A stretch of 64,000 nucleotides of DNA from positions 128,001 through 192,000 of the forward strand of contig CBDCKW010000009.1 of assembly GCA_965218435.1 (NCBI GenBank), given 5' to 3'. The stretch comes from Truepera sp. Lineage in GTDB: Bacteria; Deinococcota; Deinococci; Deinococcales; Trueperaceae. Both the position numbers and the translations under genes were made by a program. A model generated the notes under the pieces. The model worked only from the letters and a program-made list of their open reading frames with translations, was not told the DNA's origin and ran no database searches. Positions within the stretch are counted from its first letter, which is position 1, and every line of letters begins with the position of its first letter. Below, in pieces: positions 1 to 9,166 of the stretch.

Positions 1-386
1 ACGCGCCCCTGCCAATGGTCAACCGGCTCGAGGTGGTAAAGCGGCCGTTCGGGTTTCAGCAAGCCCTGCTGTCGCCACAGCTCAACCACACTGCCCTCAA
101 AGACCACAAAGGTCTCGCTCCAAGGGTCTTGACCTATGGGGCCGTACACATGACTGATGTCAGGAAAAATGACGAGCAGGTCACCGGGCCGCAGCGAAGC
201 TGAGTAGCCCGTCTCGTCACGGAAGTACCCGCGTCCGCCGGTGACATACACCAAGGCGTAAAGACCGAACACCCGGGGCGACGCAACGCCACTGCTTTGC
301 TGCAGCACACCGGCCAGCTTGACCTGACCGAGCGGGCTGCTCGAGCCGGTGTCGAAAACGACGTACTTATCGGCTTCTGCTTTCAT
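1..386 (-). CDS. AraC-family regulator, N-terminal cupin domain (runs off window)
   Basis: Manual translation from ATG 386: MKAEADKYVVF...YALVYVTGGRGYF...LRPGDLLVIFPDISHVYGP...WSETFVVFEG, an AraC ligand-binding pattern; divergent from catabolic operon. Confidence 0.75.
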   Translation of the reverse strand, partial: MKAEADKYVVFDTGSSSPLGQVKLAGVLQQSSGVASPRVFGLYALVYVTGGRGYFRDETGYSASLRPGDLLVIFPDISHVYGPIGQDPWSETFVVFEGSVVELWRQQGLLKPERPLYHLEPVDHWQGR

Positions 387-536
387 CCCAAATCTTACAT
401 GAACATACCACTCTAGCCATTCTACGGGCGGGCTGTCCCCGCTATGATCGTCCAATCAACTACGAATAGGCGTCTGCACTATTGCCCGACACTCTACCAA
501 AACGGCGATACAGCGCCCTTCTTGAGGAGGTCAGCC

Positions 537-1457
537 ATGGTGACCGAACCGACACATTTGGAACGTCCGTTAACGAGTAACGGTACGCCGCTTGACCTGT
601 CGCCCAAACGCTTGGGGCAACTCGAGCCCAGCGACCCCGCGACGCCTATCTCGGAGCTGAGAGCGCAGTATGAAAGGCAAGGCTACCTCTGGCTCAAACG
701 GTTTTTCGAACCGCACGACATTAGGGCGTTTAGAGAGCGGTTTTTCTCCGCGTTTGCGGACTTGGAACTGCTGGCCGCCGGAACGCAGCCCGCTGAGGGT
801 ATCTATTCAGGCCGAGACATCAGCGCGAGCGTAACCAACAAAGTGTTAATGGAGTTTGTCCGTACCGCCGCTTACGAGTCGTTTTGCTTGCAGCCAAAAC
901 TGTGGCAGTTTTACGATGCTTTTTTATGGGGGCCGTCGTACCTACATAAACGTAAAATCATCCGCTACACCACACCTGCTACGCCCGAAACGGCCCGCTC
1001 GACCGGTGCGCATTACGACCTTATCTACCTGCGCTCGGGCACCGACCGGGTGTGCTCGAGCTGGATTCCACTCGGTGACGTTCCTGTAGCGATGGGCGGC
1101 CTGGTGTACCTCGAGGGTTCGGACGCGCTAGGCCGAAAGATGGAAGCCGACTCCAGCCGCCGCAACAAGGACTTGCCACGCGCTGAACAGATCAGCGCCT
1201 ACAACAAAAATATGGGCAAAGGCTGGCTTTCGAAAGACTTGCGCTCACTCGCCGAAAAAGCCGACGGGCGCTGGCTCATGGCCGACTACGAAGCGGGCGA
1301 TATGGTCGTTCACAGCGCCTATATGATTCACGCCGCGACCGACAACACCGACCCGGCGGGGCGGATGCGGCTGTCGACCGACATTCGTTACCAGAACGTC
1401 CGCGATGAGATTGACGCCCGCTGGGAAAACCATTGGACGTTAGGGGACATGTTGTAG
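537..1457 (+). CDS. Phytanoyl-CoA dioxygenase (PhyH)-family Fe(II)/2-oxoglutarate dioxygenase
   Basis: HxD (AHYD), distal His (MIHAA), RLSTDIRY; SD GAGGAGG before ATG 537. Confidence 0.85.
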   Translation: MVTEPTHLERPLTSNGTPLDLSPKRLGQLEPSDPATPISELRAQYERQGYLWLKRFFEPHDIRAFRERFFSAFADLELLAAGTQPAEGIYSGRDISASVTNKVLMEFVRTAAYESFCLQPKLWQFYDAFLWGPSYLHKRKIIRYTTPATPETARSTGAHYDLIYLRSGTDRVCSSWIPLGDVPVAMGGLVYLEGSDALGRKMEADSSRRNKDLPRAEQISAYNKNMGKGWLSKDLRSLAEKADGRWLMADYEAGDMVVHSAYMIHAATDNTDPAGRMRLSTDIRYQNVRDEIDARWENHWTLGDML

Positions 1458-1520
1458 CGAATTTGCTCAAGATAAGTGACCGCAAAGTTTTAGGTATCGC
1501 CCTTTAAAGGAGGAAACACC

Positions 1521-2906
1521 ATGACCAAAGACGCCGCAACAAAACCCTTTCTTCAGCACCTGGCTACGATCTCGAGTTCTACGATTTCGCGCCGCACCTT
1601 TTTGAAGCTGACCGGAGCGACGGGCGCAGCGGCGGCACTCGGGAGCCTGACCCCGGTCGGGTTTGCCCAGGAACCGGTGACACTGACCTATTGGCACGGT
1701 TGGACGGGCGAATGGGAGAAGATGGTGCAGTTCGTCGTCGATATGTTTCACGAACAGCAAGACCGGATTCGTGTCAATCCGGTGGTCGTCCCCCAAGATC
1801 AACTCTTGGCGAAGCTGAGCGCGGCGATTGCTGCGGGTAATCCGCCGGATATTACGACGCTGTTCGGTTCTACGGCAATTCCGACCCTTGCCCGTCAAGG
1901 TGCGATTATGGCGCTCGAGGACGTTGGCGGCGTTGATTTAGCGGCGGCGCAGGCGTGGTTCGACCCGGACATCTACAAGCTCGGTCAGTTTGAAAATAAA
2001 ACCTATGGCCTTTCGTATTGGGCCGGTGATTTTGCGCTGCTCTACAACAAGGCGCACTTTGAGGCGGCGGGGCTCGACCCGGACAAAGGCCCGACGACGA
2101 TCGCCGAACTCGACGCCTACGCCGAAAAACTGACTGTCAAAGACGGCGATAAAATCACTCGGCTGGGCTTCTTACCCAACGATTTATGGCTCTGGGGAAC
2201 CGTTTACGGGGGCAGCTTTTACAACGCCGAAACCGGGCAGGTCACGGCGAACGATCCGGGCGTTGTCGAGGCGCTCGCTTGGATTCGCTCATACCCTGAA
2301 AAGTACGGCGCGCGGGAAGTGGCGGCGTTTCAGTCAGGGCTCTCGAGCGAGCGAGCGCAAAACCTCGACCCGTTTATCGCAGGCAAATATTCGATGCAGA
2401 TTCAAGGCCCGTGGAAGCTCGGCGATATCCGCAACTTCGGTCAAGATGTGCAGTACGGGGTAGTTGCGCCGCCCGTTCCCGAAACCGGGATGCCCAAAGC
2501 CAACTGGACGTGGGGCGACATCCAGATCATCCCGACCGGCAGCAAAGACCCTGCCGCCGCCGCCGAGTTCGTGCTGTTTACCGGTGGTGTGAATGATCCC
2601 AAAGGCTACGTCAAGCGTGTGACCTGGGGTGACCGACCCATTAACGTACCCGTATCTAAAAAAGTCATCGAGAATCCGGCCTTTCAAAAGGTGGTCAGCG
2701 AATACCCTGGGTTTGATACCTTTGTCGAGGCACTCCTGAGCGCCGAGCGGGTGGGTTCGCCCCCGGTGATGGCGGCGGCTGCCTTTTACGCCGAGCGCAT
2801 GACGGCGATGCTCGAGCGCGTGATGCTCTTACAGCTCGAGCCCCAAGCCGCTTTAGACGGCCTGACCGACGAGGTTCAGCGTCAACTTCAGGCTATGGGC
2901 GGCTAG
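1521..2906 (+). CDS. Sugar ABC transporter substrate-binding protein (CUT1), Tat-exported
   Basis: Tat motif SRRTFLK, LTYWHGW, AGNPPD, LLYNK motifs; SD AGGAGG. Confidence 0.9.
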   Translation: MTKDAATKPFLQHLATISSSTISRRTFLKLTGATGAAAALGSLTPVGFAQEPVTLTYWHGWTGEWEKMVQFVVDMFHEQQDRIRVNPVVVPQDQLLAKLSAAIAAGNPPDITTLFGSTAIPTLARQGAIMALEDVGGVDLAAAQAWFDPDIYKLGQFENKTYGLSYWAGDFALLYNKAHFEAAGLDPDKGPTTIAELDAYAEKLTVKDGDKITRLGFLPNDLWLWGTVYGGSFYNAETGQVTANDPGVVEALAWIRSYPEKYGAREVAAFQSGLSSERAQNLDPFIAGKYSMQIQGPWKLGDIRNFGQDVQYGVVAPPVPETGMPKANWTWGDIQIIPTGSKDPAAAAEFVLFTGGVNDPKGYVKRVTWGDRPINVPVSKKVIENPAFQKVVSEYPGFDTFVEALLSAERVGSPPVMAAAAFYAERMTAMLERVMLLQLEPQAALDGLTDEVQRQLQAMGG

Positions 2907-2918
2907 GCAAAAGGCTTC

Positions 2919-3812
2919 ATGGCCCTTTCCGATTACCGTTCAGCACAGCGTTCAAACCGGGTGGCGGGTCGCCGGGAAGCGCGGACCCGCCGCGCCGTCC
3001 GCCGCCTGTTTCGTCACCTGTTTCTTATCGCACTCAGCTTATTGTTTCTCGCACCGTTCGTGTGGATGGTCTCGACTTCGTTCAAGACGAACGCGCAAGT
3101 GGTCGAGTGGCCCCCACGGTGGCTGCCGAACCCACTGCACCCGGCAAATTATCCTGGCGTGTTCGCGTCAATTCCGCTCTTGACCTACGCGAAAAACACG
3201 CTGATCGTCACCTCGCTCAGCGTCATCGGCGCGGTCGTCTCGAATTCAGTGATCGCTTACGGCTTTGCGCGTATCCGCTGGCCCGGACGAGACGTACTTT
3301 TTATCATCACCTTAGGCACCTTGATGCTCCCCTTTCAGGTGACGATGATCCCGCTGTTCATCATGTTTTCAAAGATGGGCTGGGTCAACACGTTTCTGCC
3401 GCTGATCGTCCCGGCGTTTCTGGGCAACGCCTTCTACATCTTTTTACTCCGGCAGGTCTACTTGGGGATTTCGGAGGAGTTCTCCGAAGCGGCGCGGATC
3501 GAGGGCGCGTCGGATTTGCATATCCTCTGGCACATCATCGTGCCGCTGGCGCGTCCGGCCCTTTTAAGCGTCGCGCTCTTTCAGTACCTTGCGTCGTGGA
3601 ACGACTTTTTAGGGCCGCTCTTATACCTTAACGACGCCTCGAAGTTCACCCTGGCGCTGGGACTCGCCAACATGCAGTCGGCGCTCGGATTATCCGACTT
3701 CGGGCAGATTATGGCCGCTGCAACGATGATCGTGCTGCCGGTCATTGGGGTCTTTATGTTTACGCAGCGGTACTTTCTCGAGGGCATCGCCGCGTCGGGG
3801 CTTAAAGGCTAA
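2919..3812 (+). CDS. Carbohydrate ABC permease (MalG-like)
   Basis: EAA loop EAARIEGAS, WNDFLGPL, transmembrane segments. Confidence 0.9.
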   Translation: MALSDYRSAQRSNRVAGRREARTRRAVRRLFRHLFLIALSLLFLAPFVWMVSTSFKTNAQVVEWPPRWLPNPLHPANYPGVFASIPLLTYAKNTLIVTSLSVIGAVVSNSVIAYGFARIRWPGRDVLFIITLGTLMLPFQVTMIPLFIMFSKMGWVNTFLPLIVPAFLGNAFYIFLLRQVYLGISEEFSEAARIEGASDLHILWHIIVPLARPALLSVALFQYLASWNDFLGPLLYLNDASKFTLALGLANMQSALGLSDFGQIMAAATMIVLPVIGVFMFTQRYFLEGIAASGLKG

Positions 3813-4717
3813 TGGCAATCGTCACCAAAAAACGCACCTCACGGGCGCAGCGATGGGCCTTGATTCGTGGCCTTGCCTTTGTCAGCCCCTGGCTTGTTGG
3901 GCTCTGCTGGTTTTATATCTATCCCTTTTTCGCCTCGCTCTACTACAGCTTTCGCAACACCACCCCGTTTTCTGCCGGAACGTTTTTAGGGCTCGAGAAT
4001 TACCGCTTACTCGTCAGCGATCCGCTTTTTTGGCGCTCGCTGCTTAACACCTTTTACTTTACGGGCGTTTCCGTCATTTTAGGCAACTTGTTTGCCCTAG
4101 CCCTGGCGCTGCTCTTAAGTCAGCGGCTGCGCGGGATGACCTTTTACCGCACCATCTTTTACCTGCCGAGCATCGTGCCGTTTGTAGCGGTCTCGGTCGT
4201 CTGGATTTGGATTTTGCATCCGCAGTACGGGATTGTCAATTACGCGCTCGAGCGGCTCGGTTTGCCCGCTTTAGGTTGGTTTAGCGATCCCAACTGGGCG
4301 ATGCCCGGTCTTATCTTGGTAAGTCTATGGAGCACCGGCAACATGATGGTCATCTATCTGGCGGGGCTGCTCGACGTACCTAGAGAATTACACGAGGCGG
4401 CGACGATTGACGGCGCGTCGGCGTGGCAACGGACGCTCCGAATTACCATTCCGCTGCTGACGCCGATCATTCTTTTCAACGTCATTATCGGGCTGATCGG
4501 CGGCTTTCAGTATTTTATTCAGCCCTACATCATCACCCAAGGTGGTCCGGCGGATTCGACCTTGGTTTACGCGCTTTACCTCTATCAGAACGCGTTTTCT
4601 TACTTTCGGATGGGTTACGCCTCGGCGATGGCCTGGGTGCTCTTCGTCGTGATCATGATCGTGACGCTGCTGGTGTTTCGCTCGTCGGGGCGTTGGGTTT
4701 TTTACCGGAACCGCTGA
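3812..4717 (+). CDS. Carbohydrate ABC permease (MalF-like)
   Basis: FLGLENY, EAATIDGAS, MGYASAMAW; TAATG overlap with previous gene. Confidence 0.9.
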   Translation: MAIVTKKRTSRAQRWALIRGLAFVSPWLVGLCWFYIYPFFASLYYSFRNTTPFSAGTFLGLENYRLLVSDPLFWRSLLNTFYFTGVSVILGNLFALALALLLSQRLRGMTFYRTIFYLPSIVPFVAVSVVWIWILHPQYGIVNYALERLGLPALGWFSDPNWAMPGLILVSLWSTGNMMVIYLAGLLDVPRELHEAATIDGASAWQRTLRITIPLLTPIILFNVIIGLIGGFQYFIQPYIITQGGPADSTLVYALYLYQNAFSYFRMGYASAMAWVLFVVIMIVTLLVFRSSGRWVFYRNR

Positions 4718-4954
4718 CTTTATATCAGGTTTTTGTCACCGATTTGGTTTTGCCATTGTTAAGACCGGACTAGAAGCGTCGAAGCTTACCCGATGCCCTT
4801 ATACTCTGATTGTATAGCTGATTACGCTACCCTCACTAAAGGTTTCAAAATGGCTGTTAGTAAACCTGGCTGCTGGACTCGAGCCCCTAAAAGGTAGTTT
4901 GCCCGCATTGGCTCACGCCGCAACTTTACGGGAGGACTGACTTGATACCTAAGA

Positions 4955-4982
4955 CAAGAACGCTCACGTGTGAGCGTTCTTG
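4955..4982. terminator. Hairpin between convergent genes (possible bidirectional terminator)
   Basis: CAAGAACGCTCA-cgtg-TGAGCGTTCTTG, 12-bp perfect stem. Confidence 0.6.
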
Positions 4983-5009
4983 AAACTTGTGGCTGATTTT
5001 GAGCGTTCT

Positions 5010-6350
5010 CTACCGAACGACTTTTAGAAACGCTTCGATGTCAAGTCCACCTTTGCCGATCCCGTTTTTGTAAGCTTTGTTTTGACCGTTGCCGTAAAGG
5101 TCGTCTGTTTGTTCCATCAGTACGTCAGCGAGCCTGCTGCGGTCTACGTTGAGGGACTCGCCGAGAGCAAGCGCCAGCGCCCCTGAAGCCATCGGTGCGG
5201 CCTGCGAGGTGCCCGTCCAGGCGGCTAAACTCAGTTCCGGTGCCGGACCGAAGACGCGTTCGCCCGGGGCGGCGAGTTCGACCTCTTTGCCGTAGGTGGC
5301 AAAGTCCGACTTCGCGCCCGCCAGCGTGATACTCGTAACGCTGGTGCGCAGACGTCCGGCCTTACCATTGGCTTTTGAAGCGGGGAAGGTCACCTCTTTG
5401 TTGCCGGTGTTGCCGCTCGAGGCAACCACAAACACTCCCTGCTTATTGGCCCACTTGATGGCTTCGTCGACGGCTTTGATATCTTTGTCGCTGCCGAGTG
5501 AAAGGTTGATGATGTCAGCACCTTGGTCTGTCGCCCACTGGATGGCCGCAGTGAGGTGCGCCACGTCGCCCGAACCGTCAGGACGGAGCACCCGGATAGG
5601 CAAGATCGTCGCGCGCGGCGCAACTTGGCGGATGATGCCCGCGACGTTGGTGCCGTGCCCATAACCGTCGGCGCTTAGGTTTCCCTCTTCTCGAGGCAAA
5701 TTGTCGTTGTCTACAAAATCCTTCCATTCCGCAGCCGGTGCAAGCGCCTCTGCCAGCGCCGGGTGCGCCAGGTCAATCCCGGTGTCGATCACCGCGACCT
5801 TGACGTTATAGCCCAGGTTTTTGGCGAGCGTCTGGCCTTGCTCGAGGTGCACCCGTTGCCAAATCGCCGTGTTTTCCGGCATCCAGAGATACTGACCGTT
5901 CGACCACAGCTCAGCTCCGCCTCCTGCCCAAGTGCGCGACCTGCCACCGGCCCAGGTACGCGACCTGCCGCCAGCCCAAGTGCGTGAGCGCCCGTCCATC
6001 CAGGCGACCTCGCCCCCCGCTAAAAAGGCGTTGCGGCTCTCCTCGAGGGTCAGGTTCGCCCATTCGTCACTCGTGGCGTCGGCTTGGACGCTCAAGGCGC
6101 TGTCAAGCCCGACCACGGCGTAGACACCTGGCTGCCAGACGACGATCTCGCCGCCGTAACGCCTTTCGATGTTGGCGCGCGTGTCGCTCGGCTTAAGCGT
6201 CACGGTCAGCACGTAGTCGGGCCGCGCTGTAGCCGTGCGCGTCGCGGCCGGTGCCGAGGTCTGACAACCGGTCATGAACAGTAAGAGTGTGGCCGCAAGC
6301 AGATAATAGTTCCTCCGGCCGTAACGAAGACGTAATAGATGAAGTTTCAC
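5010..6350 (-). CDS. S8 subtilisin-like serine peptidase, lipoprotein, with octapeptide repeats
   Basis: Triad motifs VIDTG, HGTNVAG, GTSQAAP; oxyanion SGN; lipobox MTG-C; SD TAAGGAG before GTG. Confidence 0.9.
   Translation of the reverse strand: MKLHLLRLRYGRRNYYLLAATLLLFMTGCQTSAPAATRTATARPDYVLTVTLKPSDTRANIERRYGGEIVVWQPGVYAVVGLDSALSVQADATSDEWANLTLEESRNAFLAGGEVAWMDGRSRTWAGGRSRTWAGGRSRTWAGGGAELWSNGQYLWMPENTAIWQRVHLEQGQTLAKNLGYNVKVAVIDTGIDLAHPALAEALAPAAEWKDFVDNDNLPREEGNLSADGYGHGTNVAGIIRQVAPRATILPIRVLRPDGSGDVAHLTAAIQWATDQGADIINLSLGSDKDIKAVDEAIKWANKQGVFVVASSGNTGNKEVTFPASKANGKAGRLRTSVTSITLAGAKSDFATYGKEVELAAPGERVFGPAPELSLAAWTGTSQAAPMASGALALALGESLNVDRSRLADVLMEQTDDLYGNGQNKAYKNGIGKGGLDIEAFLKVVR
5922..5993 (-). 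repeat. 3 x 24-bp coding tandem repeat (GRSRTWAG)3
   Basis: ggg cgc tca cgc act tgg gct ggc / ggc agg tcg cgt acc tgg gcc ggt / ggc agg tcg cgc act tgg gca gga; differences are synonymous only. Confidence 0.95.
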
Positions 6351-6406
6351 TTCTCACTCCTTAGGTGTTACTAACGGGTAAGCCTGTCCCCCCGTAGCAC
6401 ACCGAA

Positions 6407-6450
6407 AGTCTAAAGTGAAAAGCCTGACGAAATTCTTACTTTCTGCTGAC
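6407..6450 (-). promoter_or_regulatory. Peptidase promoter with three 11-bp-phased boxes and -10
   Basis: + strand CTGAC 6424, CTTAC 6435, CTGAC 6446; -10 TAGACT (6412-6407) 11 nt beyond the proximal box. Confidence 0.7.
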
Positions 6451-6566
6451 CGGCGTAAAGCTCTAAACGAAGCTGGCTGCGACGCCGTTTAGGTCAGCGT
6501 GCCCCTTTACGTTCCGGGCTCCTTTATAAAGATCGTTGCCCTTCTTCGAACCCGAGCTGCTGAGTT

Positions 6567-6599
6567 GTAAGAGTTTTGTCAGTCGGTGTTGTTTAGCGT
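6567..6599 (+). promoter_or_regulatory. TPR-HD-GYP-GGDEF promoter with tandem boxes and -10
   Basis: GTAAG 6567, GTCAG 6578, 11-nt gap, TAGCGT 6594-6599. Confidence 0.7.
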
Positions 6600-6708
6600 A
6601 GGGTGCGGCTCACGTTTTGAACCGCAAAACTTACCGACCTGGGGATTCTGATGTGGCAGCGCGGCAGTCTAGACCAAAAATGTATCCGGGGCTCCGTCAG
6701 GGGCGATT

Positions 6709-9147
6709 ATGTCTTATGAACCGCTCGGTTTAGTGCCTACAACCGTTGCCGACAAGTCGGCGTCGGTGGCGCACGAGGCGGCACAACTGCTTAGGGCAGC
6801 TTTGGCGGCAGGCCGAACATGCCGTGAGCTCGGCGACTTTGAAAGCGCCGCGGCGCAGTTTTCTACGGCGCTTGCCTTAGCCAAACAGCTGGACGACGCC
6901 GGAGCCGAGTCTGACACCCTTAACCTGCAAGCTGGCCTGTGGAGTACGATGGGCGACACGCCGCGGGCGCTGGAAGCTCTGGAGCGTGCGCTCGAGCTGG
7001 TTCAAGCCCCGCAGTTCAGGGACCGTCAAGCCAACATCTTAAACAACATGGGCACGTTACATACAGTGCTCGGCAATTATCCGCAAGCCCTGGAACACCT
7101 TAAACACGCCCACGACCTTTTGCGCACGGTCGCCCCAACGTCCCGGAGTTCGGCTAGCAACCTGACCAATCTAGGGAGTTTATATCAGGAGCTAGGTGAC
7201 CCGGCTGAAGCCAAGAGGTTTTTTACCCAAGCTGCCGAGGTCGCGCAAGAGGCCGCTGAACCTCTGATGGCTGCAGCCGCTCTGAATAACCTGGCTTACA
7301 CCCACGCCGACGCCGGGGAGTGGCCGCTAGCCAAGGGTTATTTTCAAAAGGCGCTGACGATCAGTCAGGAGGCGGGGGCGAAAGAGTACGAAATCGATAA
7401 CCTCGACGGCCTGGGACAGGTCTACGCCGCTTTAGGCGAGGCTGACCAAGCTAAAAAGACCCATGAGGCTGTTTTAAGAAAAGCCAGGGACATCGGTTAC
7501 CTAGAAGGTGACGCGCTGCTCAACTTGGGGCGAAACTATCTGGCTCGGCAGCCTTTAGCGGCGCTCGAGTTTTTACATCAGGGTCTTCGGGTTGCTCAGC
7601 AGCTGGGGCGCTCCGTCGCCGTGTACGAAGCGCACGACCTCCTGGCCAAAGCGTATGAAGGCACAGGCGACTTTGCCAGCGCCCTCTTTCATCAGCGGGC
7701 CTATCAAACAGCGGAAAAAGCCGTTTACAACGAAGAGAACGAACGTCAAGCGCGCAGGCTCACCACTCAGTTCGACCTCGAGCGGGCGCGCCGCGAAGCC
7801 GAAGAGTACCGCCTCCGCAACGAGATCACCCAGCAAGCCCGGGACGACGCCGAGGCGACGGTGCGTGAGCGCACACGTGAGCTTGAAGAGGCGCAGCTCG
7901 AGATCGTCACGCGCCTCGCCGTCGCTGCCGAATACCGCGACGACAACACCGGCGAACACACCCGGCGGGTCGGCCGCAACGCCGCTGCGATTGCCCACGC
8001 CCTCGGCTGGCCGGAAGACGAGGTGCAGCTTCTTTTTACCGCTGCCAGACTTCACGACGTCGGCAAGATTGCGATCAGCGACCTTATTTTGCACAAACCG
8101 GGAAAGCTTACACCCGAAGAGCTCGCCCTGATGAAAACCCACGCCATGATCGGGGCGCGTATCTTGTCCGGTGGCCGCTCACCGCTTTTGCAGCTGGCTG
8201 AAGAGATCGCGCTGGCCCACCACGAACGCTGGGACGGTAAGGGCTACCCGCTGGGACTTTCGGGTGACGCCATTCCGCTGGCTGCCCGGATCGTAGCTGT
8301 TGCCGATGTGCTCGACGCCCTGACGCACGAGCGCCCCTACAAACGGCCGTGGCCGGTCGAGGAAGCGTTAGCTGAGATCGGTCGGCAGAGCGGCCATCAC
8401 TTCGAACCGCACGTCGTAAAGGCGTGCTTCGCGGCTTTCGGTCCGGGTCGCGCACTTTCTCCCACCGACGACCCGGCAGCTTGGCGCGGCACCGTTCAGT
8501 TCTCGGCCGGACCGTCTGCCCCGGCTGCGCCCTATCAAGCTTTGGAAACTGTGAGCTCGGTTGAGCGACTGAAAAAACTCCTGGCCAAAGCGGTTCAAGA
8601 CCTCGAGCTCAGTCGCCACGAGGCGCGAGCCGTGTCCCGGCAGATGCACGAGATGGCGTTCTCCGATCCCTTGACAGGGCTGTATAACCGCCGCGCGTTC
8701 AGGGCCGACCTCGAGGCCGAGACGTCGCGCGCCCTGCATCAGGGCGACACTTTAAGCGTGCTTAACTTAGACCTCGACTTGCTCAAGCAGGTCAACGATA
8801 CCGAGGGGCACGAGCGTGGTGACGCGCTGCTGCGCAGCTTTGCCGAGGCGGCGAGCAAACAGCTGCAGCCGTGGGGCAGGCTCTACCGTGTCGGGGGCGA
8901 CGAGTTCGCGGCGATTCTCTCCCATACCAGCACGCAGCACTTCGGCGCGGTTCGCGCGCAGCTGGAGAGGGCGGTAGCCGAGGTTCGTGCGGACGGCTTT
9001 GCCGGCGCGGGGGTCAGCTTAGGGATCGTGGCGTTTCCCGAAGAGGTCGCGACCACCGGGGATTTGGTCCGTCTCAGCGACCAACGCATGTATGAAGACA
9101 AGCTTAAACGGCGAAAAATGCGGCAGGGGTTACAGCCTGCTGAATAA
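6709..9147 (+). CDS. TPR + HD-GYP + GGDEF c-di-GMP signalling protein
   Basis: N-terminal TPRs (ILNNMG, LTNLG, ALNNLA, LLNLG); LHDVGK and HHERWDGKGYP; DPLTGLYNRR...RVGGDEF; no transmembrane segment. Confidence 0.92.
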   Translation: MSYEPLGLVPTTVADKSASVAHEAAQLLRAALAAGRTCRELGDFESAAAQFSTALALAKQLDDAGAESDTLNLQAGLWSTMGDTPRALEALERALELVQAPQFRDRQANILNNMGTLHTVLGNYPQALEHLKHAHDLLRTVAPTSRSSASNLTNLGSLYQELGDPAEAKRFFTQAAEVAQEAAEPLMAAAALNNLAYTHADAGEWPLAKGYFQKALTISQEAGAKEYEIDNLDGLGQVYAALGEADQAKKTHEAVLRKARDIGYLEGDALLNLGRNYLARQPLAALEFLHQGLRVAQQLGRSVAVYEAHDLLAKAYEGTGDFASALFHQRAYQTAEKAVYNEENERQARRLTTQFDLERARREAEEYRLRNEITQQARDDAEATVRERTRELEEAQLEIVTRLAVAAEYRDDNTGEHTRRVGRNAAAIAHALGWPEDEVQLLFTAARLHDVGKIAISDLILHKPGKLTPEELALMKTHAMIGARILSGGRSPLLQLAEEIALAHHERWDGKGYPLGLSGDAIPLAARIVAVADVLDALTHERPYKRPWPVEEALAEIGRQSGHHFEPHVVKACFAAFGPGRALSPTDDPAAWRGTVQFSAGPSAPAAPYQALETVSSVERLKKLLAKAVQDLELSRHEARAVSRQMHEMAFSDPLTGLYNRRAFRADLEAETSRALHQGDTLSVLNLDLDLLKQVNDTEGHERGDALLRSFAEAASKQLQPWGRLYRVGGDEFAAILSHTSTQHFGAVRAQLERAVAEVRADGFAGAGVSLGIVAFPEEVATTGDLVRLSDQRMYEDKLKRRKMRQGLQPAE

Positions 9148-9166
9148 CGTTAAGATTAACGAAAAC

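Noticed and set aside
5922..5993. Repeats here, at 10071 and at 33751 as CRISPR arrays
   Set aside because: No unique spacers, units too short, no cas genes.
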